From a bacterium (GTDB lineage: Bacteria > Bacillota > Clostridia > Christensenellales > CAG-917), in assembly GCA_963620965.1 (NCBI GenBank), contig CAVFCJ010000002.1:1-42017 (forward strand): a stretch of 42,017 bases of DNA, written 5' to 3'. Position numbers and translations under genes: made by a program. Positions 18,517 to 25,586 of the stretch are shown piece by piece. Position 1 is the first letter of the stretch. Each line of letters opens with the position of its first letter. A model generated the notes under the pieces. It was given only the letters and a program-made list of their open reading frames with translations, was not told where the DNA came from and did no database searches.

Positions 18517-18602
18517 AGTTATATTGCACTGCGTGCAGTTATATTGTGTCTGCGACACGATGATATTCTCGCTTTGCGAGAGTTATATTGCGGCGCTGCC
18601 GC
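18517..18602. repeat. Tandem array of four ~21-nt units. Each unit is a conserved AT-rich linker plus a different short GC-rich hairpin.
   Basis: Units on the + strand: AGTTATATT-GCAC.TGC.GTGC, AGTTATATT-GTGTC.TGC.GACAC, GATGATATT-CTCGC.TTT.GCGAG and AGTTATATT-GCGGC.GCT.GCCGC. Confidence 0.7.
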
Positions 18603-18632
18603 AGTTAAGGAAAATTCGATTCTATTTATCCG

Positions 18633-18768
18633 TAACCCCACGCAATGCGTAATTCTTCAATTATTCCGCAACTGCGCCATGGGCGCAATCGGGTGTGGGT
18701 GTCCCACCCTTTCGTCATTCAGAGCGACAGCGTGGGAATCAAGCGTAGCGTAATTCTTCAATTATTCG
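18633..18768. repeat. Family-1 repeat cluster in the yggS-sepF intercistronic region.
   Basis: 20-nt direct repeat GCGTAATTCTTCAATTATTC at 18647-18666 and 18748-18767. Hairpin TGCGCC-ATG-GGCGCA (18673-18687). GGGTGTGGGTGTCCCACCC hairpin (18691-18709). TTTCGTCATTCAGAGCGACAGCGTGGGAATCAAGCGTAGCG, homologous to 14000-14047. Confidence 0.65.
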
Positions 18769-18775
18769 GCACTTG

Positions 18776-19444
18776 CTAGGCAAGCGCAATCCTTTCCCCA
18801 AACAGCACTCTGCCAAGTCGTATCATATTCGAGCCGTGTTCGAGTGCGATTTTGTAGTCGTTCGACATTCCCGCCGACAAATATTCGACGTTTACGCCGT
18901 CTTGCTTTATGCTCTTTGCGTCCTCGTATATCCGTTGCAACTTGTCGTAAAGACGGGCAAGTTCCGTCTTGTCTTCGAGGTTGGGAAGCACGCTCATAAC
19001 GCCTTTTATCTCGATGTGCGGATAATCTTTCATACTTTGTATGAAATCGAGTGTTTCTTCGGGTCGTACGCCGCCTTTTGTTATCTCTGCGCCCATATTT
19101 ATCTCAACAAGGCATTTTTGAATCACGTCGTGTTTAACGGCTTGTTTTTCAATCTCTTTCGCCAGTTCCACCCTATCGAGCGAGTGTATCAAGTCCACTT
19201 TTCCGACGCCATACTTGACTTTGTTGGTTTGAAGTTGACCGATGATATGCCAGACGTACTTTTCGTCATAGTGTTCTACAAACTCTTGCACTCGGTTTTC
19301 GCCCAACACAAAATCGGGCGCAACTGACATAAACTTGTCTATCGTGTCTTTCGACTGCATTTTGCATGCCGCCACGAGGTGTACGTTTCTATCGTACTTT
19401 GCCACCTCGTCCCGCACTTTTTGAAGGTTGTCGAGTAGTATCAT
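18776..19444 (-). CDS. yggS: YggS/YlmE-family pyridoxal-phosphate homeostasis protein.
   Basis: 222 aa with WHIIGQLQTNKVK and LSAGMSNDY motifs. Lies next to sepF. Confidence 0.88.
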   Translation of the reverse strand: MILLDNLQKVRDEVAKYDRNVHLVAACKMQSKDTIDKFMSVAPDFVLGENRVQEFVEHYDEKYVWHIIGQLQTNKVKYGVGKVDLIHSLDRVELAKEIEKQAVKHDVIQKCLVEINMGAEITKGGVRPEETLDFIQSMKDYPHIEIKGVMSVLPNLEDKTELARLYDKLQRIYEDAKSIKQDGVNVEYLSAGMSNDYKIALEHGSNMIRLGRVLFGERIALA

Positions 19445-19477
19445 TTTCCGTTTTTAACTTTTACTTTTTAATGAAAG

Positions 19478-19768
19478 CTTCCCCCTTCCTCACGTGTTTC
19501 CCCTACCGCCGTTCCCCCTCTGCATACTTTGAGGGAACCCACGGCGTCCGCTCCGCGTGGGGCAACACTGACGCGATTGACTTCGTAGCAATCGCTAGTT
19601 CGTTGCAAGCAACGAACGGCAGACGGGCTGTTGGCAATACAAATCGGCTGAAAGCCGTGCCACTGCGCTTTGTGTGCCAGCTACGCACCCAAACGGCACA
19701 GTCGGACGGTACTAATCGTCAAGCTCGGCGCTCCCTTTTCTCGCCGCCTTGCGGCTCGTGTTCCGTCT
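19478..19768. ncRNA. Candidate structured RNA or unclassified repeat, copy 1 of a ~290-nt element. Strand undetermined.
   Basis: Near-identical to 36957-37246. Dense local hairpins: CCCACG..CGTGGG, GCGATTG-N9-CAATCGC, GTTCGTTGC-AA-GCAACGAAC, CGGCT-GAA-AGCCG and TGTGCC-N16-GGCACA. One compensatory pair change distinguishes the copies. No convincing ORF and no match to any RNA family I can recall. Confidence 0.45.
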
Positions 19769-19794
19769 CTGTATAGGCAGAGTCTACGCTTCAA

Positions 19795-19923
19795 TTAAAA
19801 CTGCGCTAAATCGATGCATAACGCGAAAGCACCCCTTGAATGGCAACCCTAATTTACTAAGCGTAAATGAGTTGACAGGCAAGGGGTGCTGACAAAGTTA
19901 GGCGCGATTTAGCGCAGTTTTAA
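19795..19923. repeat. Nested-hairpin element, copy B (archetype). Probable terminator of the ABC transporter gene.
   Basis: Outer stem TTAAAACTGCGCTAAATCG / CGATTTAGCGCAGTTTTAA (perfect, 19 bp). Mid stem GCACCCCTTG / CAAGGGGTGC. Apex GAATGGCAACCCTA-ATTTAC-TAAGC-GTAAAT-GAGTTGACA. The ABC stop codon (19920-19922) lies in the terminal TTTTAA. Confidence 0.75.
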
Positions 19924-22865
19924 TCTACGCGTAGGGCGTCAACCACATTCTTGCGCGACGCCATAATCGCCGGAACTATACCCGAAATAATCGTTAGCGC
20001 CAAGCTCAAACATACGAGGATGAAGGCATGGAGTGGATGGAAATGGAGGAGAGATCCAATTCCGGTGACCGCTTTGATGATGAGCGACAGAATGGGGCAA
20101 AGGAGATATGTGACGACAATGCCGATAAGTCCGCTGCACAGACCGATGATGGAAGTTTCGGCAATAAAGACATTGCGAATATCTTTTTTGCGTGCGCCGA
20201 TTGCGCGGAGAATGCCGATTTCACGAGTACGTTCGACGACCGAGTTGGACGTGATGACTCCGATCATAACTGTGGATACGACAAGGGATATCGCAGCAAC
20301 GGCTATGAGCATTGCGGACACGAGGTCGAGCGTGCTTTGCATATTGACGAGGAACATTTCGGACACGTCAAAATAGCCGAGAGTGCCCTTGCCGGACTTT
20401 TGCCAAGCGGAAATATAGTTGCCCGAATTGGTCTTTTGATCGCTGTCATTGGGGAAAACAGTGACGTAATACGGACTCTTATCTGCACCGATTGCGCGCA
20501 TAAAATACGTGTATTTAAGTGCGGGCGTGTTGGCAACCGTTGCGAGCATCATATTGCCGTCGTTTATCTCTTTGTTGTCCAAACGAACGCCGAAAACCGT
20601 CTTTTTCCTGTCGCCGCTATTTGTTTTGTCCAGTTCCAACTGGCGCTGTGTAAAAGTGCTGTTCGCCGCGCTTTCGAGAGTGCTTTCGGCAAGCGAGGGC
20701 AGATAGCAAAGCGACGAACCGACGTATGTGTGTTCGGCTTCCTTCTTTGCACGGATAACGCCAACGATTGTGATTTCGTCGGAAGATTCGTCGTACATTT
20801 GTTGAAGTTTTTGTTGAGATTCTTCCGAATCGTCGTACCCCCACATCATCTCTTTGCTTTGGTCTTGAAGCATATCGCTCAAACCGCCGCTGCCTTCACC
20901 GCTCGATTCGCCGCCTTCGCCGAGTCCGAGATTTTCATATGTTTCGGTGCTTTCGTCGTAGGTGTAATAGGAATCGTTGTCGATGAGTTTGAACGACTGC
21001 CCCAAGAAGTATTCGTACGATACTTTTTCGGTGTCTATTTCGATGGGCTTGCCGTCCTCGCCGCGTTTGAGCGTGCCGTATTCGTCCTTCTCGTAAAGTT
21101 CGATTCCGAATGCGGAAAGTACCGATTTGCTAATGGTGTTGTCAGTGCCTACGCACAACAGAATTTCGTTTTTGTTTTGCGGGAATCTGCTTCCCTCGCC
21201 GATGAAATCGTAGGAACGCATCATAACGCCCTCGTCCGCAACGAGTTCTTGCCAATATTTTGCCTGCAAGCCGTTTTCGCCCAAAACCGTCGTAGCGCAC
21301 GCCGTCGTGGTGAGCGGTTGAGGCTGTTGCGAAGCGTCCTTGTACACAATGTTACCGTCCTTGTCGTATGTCTTTCTGACAAGGTTGTATCGCAAGCCAT
21401 AAGATATGCTCATCGCCGTGTAATAATCCTTTGGCATCGCTTTCATATAGTCGGCAAATTCTTCCGTCAAATCGTTCTTTTGAACGCCCGTCATAAAGGA
21501 TTTAACGACGGAATTTATCAACATCATCATCGCCGCAGTGCTGCTCGAACTGCTCGAAACCTTGATGTCGTCCGAATCGGGATAGAGGCTCGGATCTTCG
21601 GACGGCTTGTCCATCATGCTCGTCATCAAATCCATAATGGCGTTGTTGGATACGTTGTATTGATAAACGCCGAGAGGAACGCCCGAAAGCATTTCGGTTT
21701 CCATCTTGGCAAGATAGATGTTAAATCCGTTGTAAATTGACAAAACGAGCGCAAGACCTATAATGCCGATTGCGCCTGCAAATGACGTGAGCAACGTGCG
21801 GCGTTTTTTGGACACGAGGTTTTTAAGACTCAATCCGAACGCCATACCCGCGCTCATAGACGTGGGCTTGAACGCCTTGTCTTTTTTCTTTTTCTTCTTT
21901 GACAAACTGTTGAGTCCGAGTTTGTCGAACAAGGCTTTCGTCTCCTCGCCGACGTTTCTCATAGCACGTTTGCGCTTGCGGTTGGACGTCTTTTTCTTTT
22001 TGCCAGACTCCTCTTCGTTTTGCTCGTTTTGAGCGTTTATCTCCACGTTTTGTGATGTTAAACCGCTTGTTCGGTCCACTTCGACTTCTATTACGTCCGC
22101 CGTAGAATTTTCAAATGCGCTCGCTTCCGACTCGATTGTCAACGATTCTTCTGCGTCTTCGGATTGCTCGCAAAACTCGGTTTCGGGGTCGTACGGATTG
22201 GTGTCCTCGACAAGTTGACCGTCCTTAAAACGGCAAATACGCGTTGCGTACTGATAGGCGAGTTCGGCGTTGTGGGTAACCATAATGACAAGACGATTTT
22301 TTGAAATCTCTTGCAAAATGTCCATGACCTGCACGCTCAATTCGCTGTCAAGCGCACCTGTCGGCTCGTCGGCAAGAATGATTTTGGGGTCGTTGACAAT
22401 GGCTCTTGCGATTGCGACACGTTGCATTTGTCCGCCACTGAGTTGGTTGGGGCGTTTGTCGATTTGCTCGTGCATATTGACTTTGTGAAGCGCGGCAACC
22501 GCCTTTGCCCTGCGTGTTTTCTTCTTTTCGCCGACAAGGCTCAAAGCAAGTTCGACGTTTTCAAGCACGGTGAGATGCGGAATAAGATTGTAACTTTGAA
22601 ACACGAACCCTATGGTTGCGTTGCGATATGCGTCCCAATGCTCGTCGTCAAATTTCGCCGTAGAAACGCCGCCTATGACCAAGTCGCCCGACGTGTATCT
22701 GTCCAGCCCGCCGATGATGTTGAGCATTGTCGTTTTTCCGCAGCCGCTCGGACCGAGAATCGCCACGAATTCGCTTTCGCGGAAATTGAGCGACACTTTT
22801 CTCAAAGCGTGTACGGTCGTTGTGGCAGTGGGATAATCTTTTACTACGTCTTTAAGCTGAAGCAT
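19920..22865 (-). CDS. Fused ABC transporter with an N-terminal ATPase and a C-terminal FtsX/MacB-type permease carrying a large extracytoplasmic domain.
   Basis: 981 aa. Walker [10 protein letters not shown], signature LSGGQMQRV, Walker [14 protein letters not shown]-rich linker. The first TM is followed by ~470 aa of extracytoplasmic region, then an FtsX-like 3-TM bundle ([16 protein letters not shown]...). Confidence 0.88.
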   Translation of the reverse strand: MLQLKDVVKDYPTATTTVHALRKVSLNFRESEFVAILGPSGCGKTTMLNIIGGLDRYTSGDLVIGGVSTAKFDDEHWDAYRNATIGFVFQSYNLIPHLTVLENVELALSLVGEKKKTRRAKAVAALHKVNMHEQIDKRPNQLSGGQMQRVAIARAIVNDPKIILADEPTGALDSELSVQVMDILQEISKNRLVIMVTHNAELAYQYATRICRFKDGQLVEDTNPYDPETEFCEQSEDAEESLTIESEASAFENSTADVIEVEVDRTSGLTSQNVEINAQNEQNEEESGKKKKTSNRKRKRAMRNVGEETKALFDKLGLNSLSKKKKKKDKAFKPTSMSAGMAFGLSLKNLVSKKRRTLLTSFAGAIGIIGLALVLSIYNGFNIYLAKMETEMLSGVPLGVYQYNVSNNAIMDLMTSMMDKPSEDPSLYPDSDDIKVSSSSSSTAAMMMLINSVVKSFMTGVQKNDLTEEFADYMKAMPKDYYTAMSISYGLRYNLVRKTYDKDGNIVYKDASQQPQPLTTTACATTVLGENGLQAKYWQELVADEGVMMRSYDFIGEGSRFPQNKNEILLCVGTDNTISKSVLSAFGIELYEKDEYGTLKRGEDGKPIEIDTEKVSYEYFLGQSFKLIDNDSYYTYDESTETYENLGLGEGGESSGEGSGGLSDMLQDQSKEMMWGYDDSEESQQKLQQMYDESSDEITIVGVIRAKKEAEHTYVGSSLCYLPSLAESTLESAANSTFTQRQLELDKTNSGDRKKTVFGVRLDNKEINDGNMMLATVANTPALKYTYFMRAIGADKSPYYVTVFPNDSDQKTNSGNYISAWQKSGKGTLGYFDVSEMFLVNMQSTLDLVSAMLIAVAAISLVVSTVMIGVITSNSVVERTREIGILRAIGARKKDIRNVFIAETSIIGLCSGLIGIVVTYLLCPILSLIIKAVTGIGSLLHFHPLHAFILVCLSLALTIISGIVPAIMASRKNVVDALRVD

Positions 22866-22984
22866 ATTTCACCTCAATAAATGCAGATACTCAATTTAGT
22901 CTATTTTTTGAAAACGACAAAGAGAATGACAGCTCGTCATCCCCTTTGCGAAAGCTCAAAACTCTGACCCCTCTAAACTGCGGA

Positions 22985-23578
22985 TCAAAGCGTGTTTTGA
23001 TTCATCATCAAGGAAATGCCCTTACTCATTGCATCGGAAATATTCTTGCAAAGTTCCTCAAGCGAGAGCGAACTCTTGTGGTTAAACCAAATCTTGAAAC
23101 ACTCGGTCATACCTGCCGCCGCAAACGCAACGATGTATTTCGTTCTGCCCAAATCGGATGTCGAACCTTCGTGCGAGGAGAACCAGTGCATGTACGCACT
23201 TACGATTCTGTCGTTGATTTTGTCGAGAAGTTGCCCCGACGTGCTGGACGAAAGAATGTATCTGTTGTTGGCATCCTGTTTGAGAATCTCGTCAGCGAGC
23301 ATGCTCAAAAGCGGATACGGATTCTTGATGCTGTTGAGAATGTCCGTTTCGCTCATGATCTTGTCGATGCCTACGATTATAGCGTTTTCGATGTCCGTGC
23401 GAACATCGCCCACCGTGTCGTAGTACATATAAAATGTGCTGCGGGTGATGTTGGCTTTTTGCGTGAGTTCGCTTATGGTGATATCCGCCATATCCTTCTG
23501 TTGAACGAGTTGCTTGAACGCTTCGAAAATTGCGTTTTTGGTTTTGATTACTCTTTTGTCGATACCGCCGTTTTTCAT
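22985..23578 (-). CDS. TetR/AcrR-family transcriptional regulator, upstream of and co-oriented with the ABC transporter.
   Basis: 197 aa with an N-terminal HTH (ITISELTQKANITRSTFYMYY). Confidence 0.85.
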   Translation of the reverse strand: MKNGGIDKRVIKTKNAIFEAFKQLVQQKDMADITISELTQKANITRSTFYMYYDTVGDVRTDIENAIIVGIDKIMSETDILNSIKNPYPLLSMLADEILKQDANNRYILSSSTSGQLLDKINDRIVSAYMHWFSSHEGSTSDLGRTKYIVAFAAAGMTECFKIWFNHKSSLSLEELCKNISDAMSKGISLMMNQNTL

Positions 23579-23750
23579 TTTTTTCTTATCCTAATTCGAT
23601 TTTTATATTGCAAAATGTATCATATCATATATTTGTGTGATTTTCTATCGATTTATAAAATGTTAATAAAATTAATAAATTATTAAGGTTTGCGCACTCT
23701 ATAAATATAAATCAACAAAATCGAGGGCGAAATTGCCCGAAGGAGAATTT

Positions 23751-23930
23751 ATGAAAATAAAACGAGCAAAAAGGCACAACCTGCCCTTATCTCACAGCAA
23801 TCTAACGACTCACGAGAATCTGCGCTCGCACTTCGATCCCAACGGAAGTTATACGGGCGTCCCCGAAAAGCACGGTTATCCCGACGTCCCCGACGACGAA
23901 AAACCCGTGCAAGACGTAGACGACTTATGA
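23751..23930 (+). CDS. Small hypothetical protein (59 aa) with a basic N-terminus and acidic C-terminus.
   Basis: AGGAG lies 5 nt upstream of ATG 23751. MKIKRAKRHNLPLSH...DPNGSYTGVPEKHGYPDVPDDEKPVQDVDDL. Divergent from the TetR gene. No family recognised with certainty. Confidence 0.5.
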   Translation: MKIKRAKRHNLPLSHSNLTTHENLRSHFDPNGSYTGVPEKHGYPDVPDDEKPVQDVDDL

Positions 23931-23979
23931 GCAAAAATCGTCGCTGAGGCAACGGCAATCGTGGGCGATTGACTTTGCC

Positions 23980-24050
23980 GCAACGCTGTTTGAGCAATGT
24001 GCAACCCTTATTTACTGATAGTAAATGAGTTGACAGACGATGGGCGTTGC
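23980..24050. repeat. Core-only copy (C1) of the nested-hairpin element.
   Basis: Mid stem GCAACGC / GCGTTGC encloses GCAACCCTT-ATTTAC-TGATA-GTAAAT-GAGTTGACA. The outer arms are absent. Confidence 0.55.
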
Positions 24051-24082
24051 TGCAGTTATTTGTTTTATTTGAACTATGGAAA

Positions 24083-24201
24083 GTCGCGCCAAATAGATGA
24101 AGAACGAGAAAGAGCCACCCGAACCGCAACCCTAATTTACTTATAGTAAATGAGTTGTCGGATGGGTGGCTCTGACAAAGTAATTCGCTATTTGGCACGG
24201 C
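24083..24201. repeat. Nested-hairpin element, copy C2. It overlaps the 3' end of the M28 peptidase gene.
   Basis: Outer arms GTCGCGCCAAATAG / CTATTTGGCACGGC. Mid stem GAGCCACCC / GGGTGGCTC. Apex CGCAACCCTA-ATTTAC-TTATA-GTAAAT-GAGTTG. The right arm encodes the last codons (R-A-K, part of S) and the TAG stop of the gene. Confidence 0.7.
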
Positions 24202-25510
24202 TTTCGTCGATTTTGGAAATGACGCGCAACACCACGTCCAACCCCAATCCCACCGTGTCTGGCGAGAAACGTTCGGGTACGTCGCGATAGGTGTGATAAT
24301 AATCGCTCATGACGGGATTTTGTGCAGCGAAAGTGATGGATTTTACGCCCGCTTTTTGGAAAGGCGTGGAGTCGCAACCGCCGACGGGGTTTGCGATGTC
24401 GCCGGGTTTTTGGATGCCCGCTTCTCTCATTGACTCTTTGAACATACGTTCCAAATCCTTGTCGAAATGGGGGCAAAGCCAGCTGTCGCCGTGAATGACT
24501 TCAAAATGATCTGCGTCGGCAATGGAGTCAATGTTGATGTGGTAGGCATTGTCGAGCATACCGTCGTCTTTGTGTTTGCGGGTGAAAGCAATGGAGCCGC
24601 GAAGACCTGATTCTTCCGCACCGATGTTGCAGTCAACGATACGGCAATTTTTTGGCATTTTGTCGGGATTTTCCTTGTAATACTTCACTACTTGATACGC
24701 AATTGAAACGCCGGTTGCGTTGTCCATTGCGCCAGGAGAAGCGATTGCTTCCGTCTTTTCGTTGTACATCGTGAGCAAGAACGCACATACGATGACGACG
24801 GGCGACGAATACAAAATGATTTGCGAGAGGATGTCATATGCTTTTGCGACGTTCCTAAACGTTTCAACGCCCAAAGAATCCACAGAGCCATATTGCAAAA
24901 TCATAATGAGAATGAGTGCGGCTGCGCTTAATATCGTCACGACGCCGACCGCAATCGCGCCGAGTCCCAAGCGAAGCACGACGCCGACAAAGCCGAGCTT
25001 GTGCTGTGATGCGCTGAGTTTGAGCGTCCAACTGGTGTCGGTGTGACCCGAAAGGAAGATCGTATAATCGTATTTTCCGTCTTCGGGAAGAAGTTCCGCA
25101 TAAGTGTTGTGCGACACTTTGTGCTTGAAGCACCAGTCGAAGCATGTGTTGTACTTGAACACGCTGACAACGAGCCAAATCCAAGTGAACGCCATATACA
25201 TCGTGCATACGAAGTGGGTTGCAAGACCGGCATATGTCGAGATATGAGCAAGCATTGTCGCAATGACAGTGATAATACAACCGATTATGCCTGCCCAACC
25301 TGCGTAAGGCAGACCGCCTATGGACGCGTGGGGCGCAAAGACAAAACTCTCGGTGACGGGGTTTAGTCCGATTTCTTTGAGTTTGTCCGACATATACTCG
25401 TGGTACTTCTTCTCGTTGTTCGAGCCGGGAAGGCGCGGGCCTATCTCGTTTGCGGCGTATTCGACCATTTCATAGGCTTCATCGCCGTACTTTTTGAGTT
25501 CGTCTCTCAT
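24188..25510 (-). CDS. M28-family metallopeptidase with transmembrane helices intercalated in the catalytic domain.
   Basis: 440 aa. M28 ligand motifs in order: SGHTDTS, GAMDNATG, GAEESGLRGS, YHTYRD. Hydrophobic helices lie before the H-x-D motif (two) and between it and the bridging Asp (at least two). Confidence 0.75.
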   Translation of the reverse strand: MRDELKKYGDEAYEMVEYAANEIGPRLPGSNNEKKYHEYMSDKLKEIGLNPVTESFVFAPHASIGGLPYAGWAGIIGCIITVIATMLAHISTYAGLATHFVCTMYMAFTWIWLVVSVFKYNTCFDWCFKHKVSHNTYAELLPEDGKYDYTIFLSGHTDTSWTLKLSASQHKLGFVGVVLRLGLGAIAVGVVTILSAAALILIMILQYGSVDSLGVETFRNVAKAYDILSQIILYSSPVVIVCAFLLTMYNEKTEAIASPGAMDNATGVSIAYQVVKYYKENPDKMPKNCRIVDCNIGAEESGLRGSIAFTRKHKDDGMLDNAYHINIDSIADADHFEVIHGDSWLCPHFDKDLERMFKESMREAGIQKPGDIANPVGGCDSTPFQKAGVKSITFAAQNPVMSDYYHTYRDVPERFSPDTVGLGLDVVLRVISKIDESRAK

Positions 25511-25544
25511 AATTTTCTTTTCCTTTTTTGTTACTTTTTGTTGT

Positions 25545-25573
25545 TAAAAGGCAAAGCGCAATTGCACTCTGCC
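25545..25573 (-). terminator. Intrinsic terminator of serS.
   Basis: Minus-strand hairpin GGCAGAGUGC-AAUU-GCGCUUUGCC followed by UUUU. Confidence 0.7.
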
Positions 25574-25586
25574 CGAAAAACCGTGA

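Noticed and set aside
18517-18602. The tandem hairpin units as a miniature CRISPR array.
   Set aside because: The units are only ~21 nt. The conserved part is a 9-nt AT-rich linker and the variable part is itself palindromic, the opposite of CRISPR repeat/spacer logic. There are four units and no cas genes.
19650-19670. GCCACTG within the 290-nt element resembles the B12-box core of cobalamin riboswitches, and GAGGGAACCCACGG loosely resembles purine-rich riboswitch cores.
   Set aside because: The other conserved cobalamin elements (GGTG.AA.CC, CCCGC.ACTGT, GGGAAGGC) are absent. The genomic contexts are unrelated to cobalamin or transport genes. One copy lies downstream of a gene rather than upstream.
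19478-19768. The two 290-nt copies as template and variable repeats of a diversity-generating retroelement.
   Set aside because: The substitutions are not adenine-specific (T/C, A/G, A/C, A/T and T/C changes). Neither copy lies in a coding region. No reverse transcriptase gene is present in the window.
19795-19923. Nested-hairpin elements as integron attC sites. They are imperfect palindromes at gene 3' ends, with GCATAAC...GTTAGGC resembling the R''/R' cores RYYYAAC/GTTRRRY.
   Set aside because: The R'-like side faces the 3' end of the adjacent gene, not the start of a next cassette. Pairing extends about 20 bp beyond the putative core sites. The flanking genes are conserved operon members (the HIT gene of the dnaK cluster, for example), not cassettes. 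No intI gene is present. The GTTAGGC core is replaced by GTTATTC/GTAATTC in three copies.
20028-21740. Very long ORFs antisense to real genes. Examples are 570 aa opposite the ABC transporter, 446 aa at 25662-27002 opposite serS, 501 aa at 37418-38923 and 487 aa at 38442-39905. Others lie at 5211-6107, 1790-2635 and 3491-4303.
   Set aside because: For the ones I checked (20028, 25662, 37418), the codons are exactly in phase with the sense gene on the opposite strand. In that frame, stops arise only from sense TTA/CTA/TCA codons, which this genome evidently avoids. Their translations are low-complexity (V/F/R/C-rich) with no recognisable motifs, whereas the sense frames carry unambiguous family signatures. 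They are shadow ORFs.
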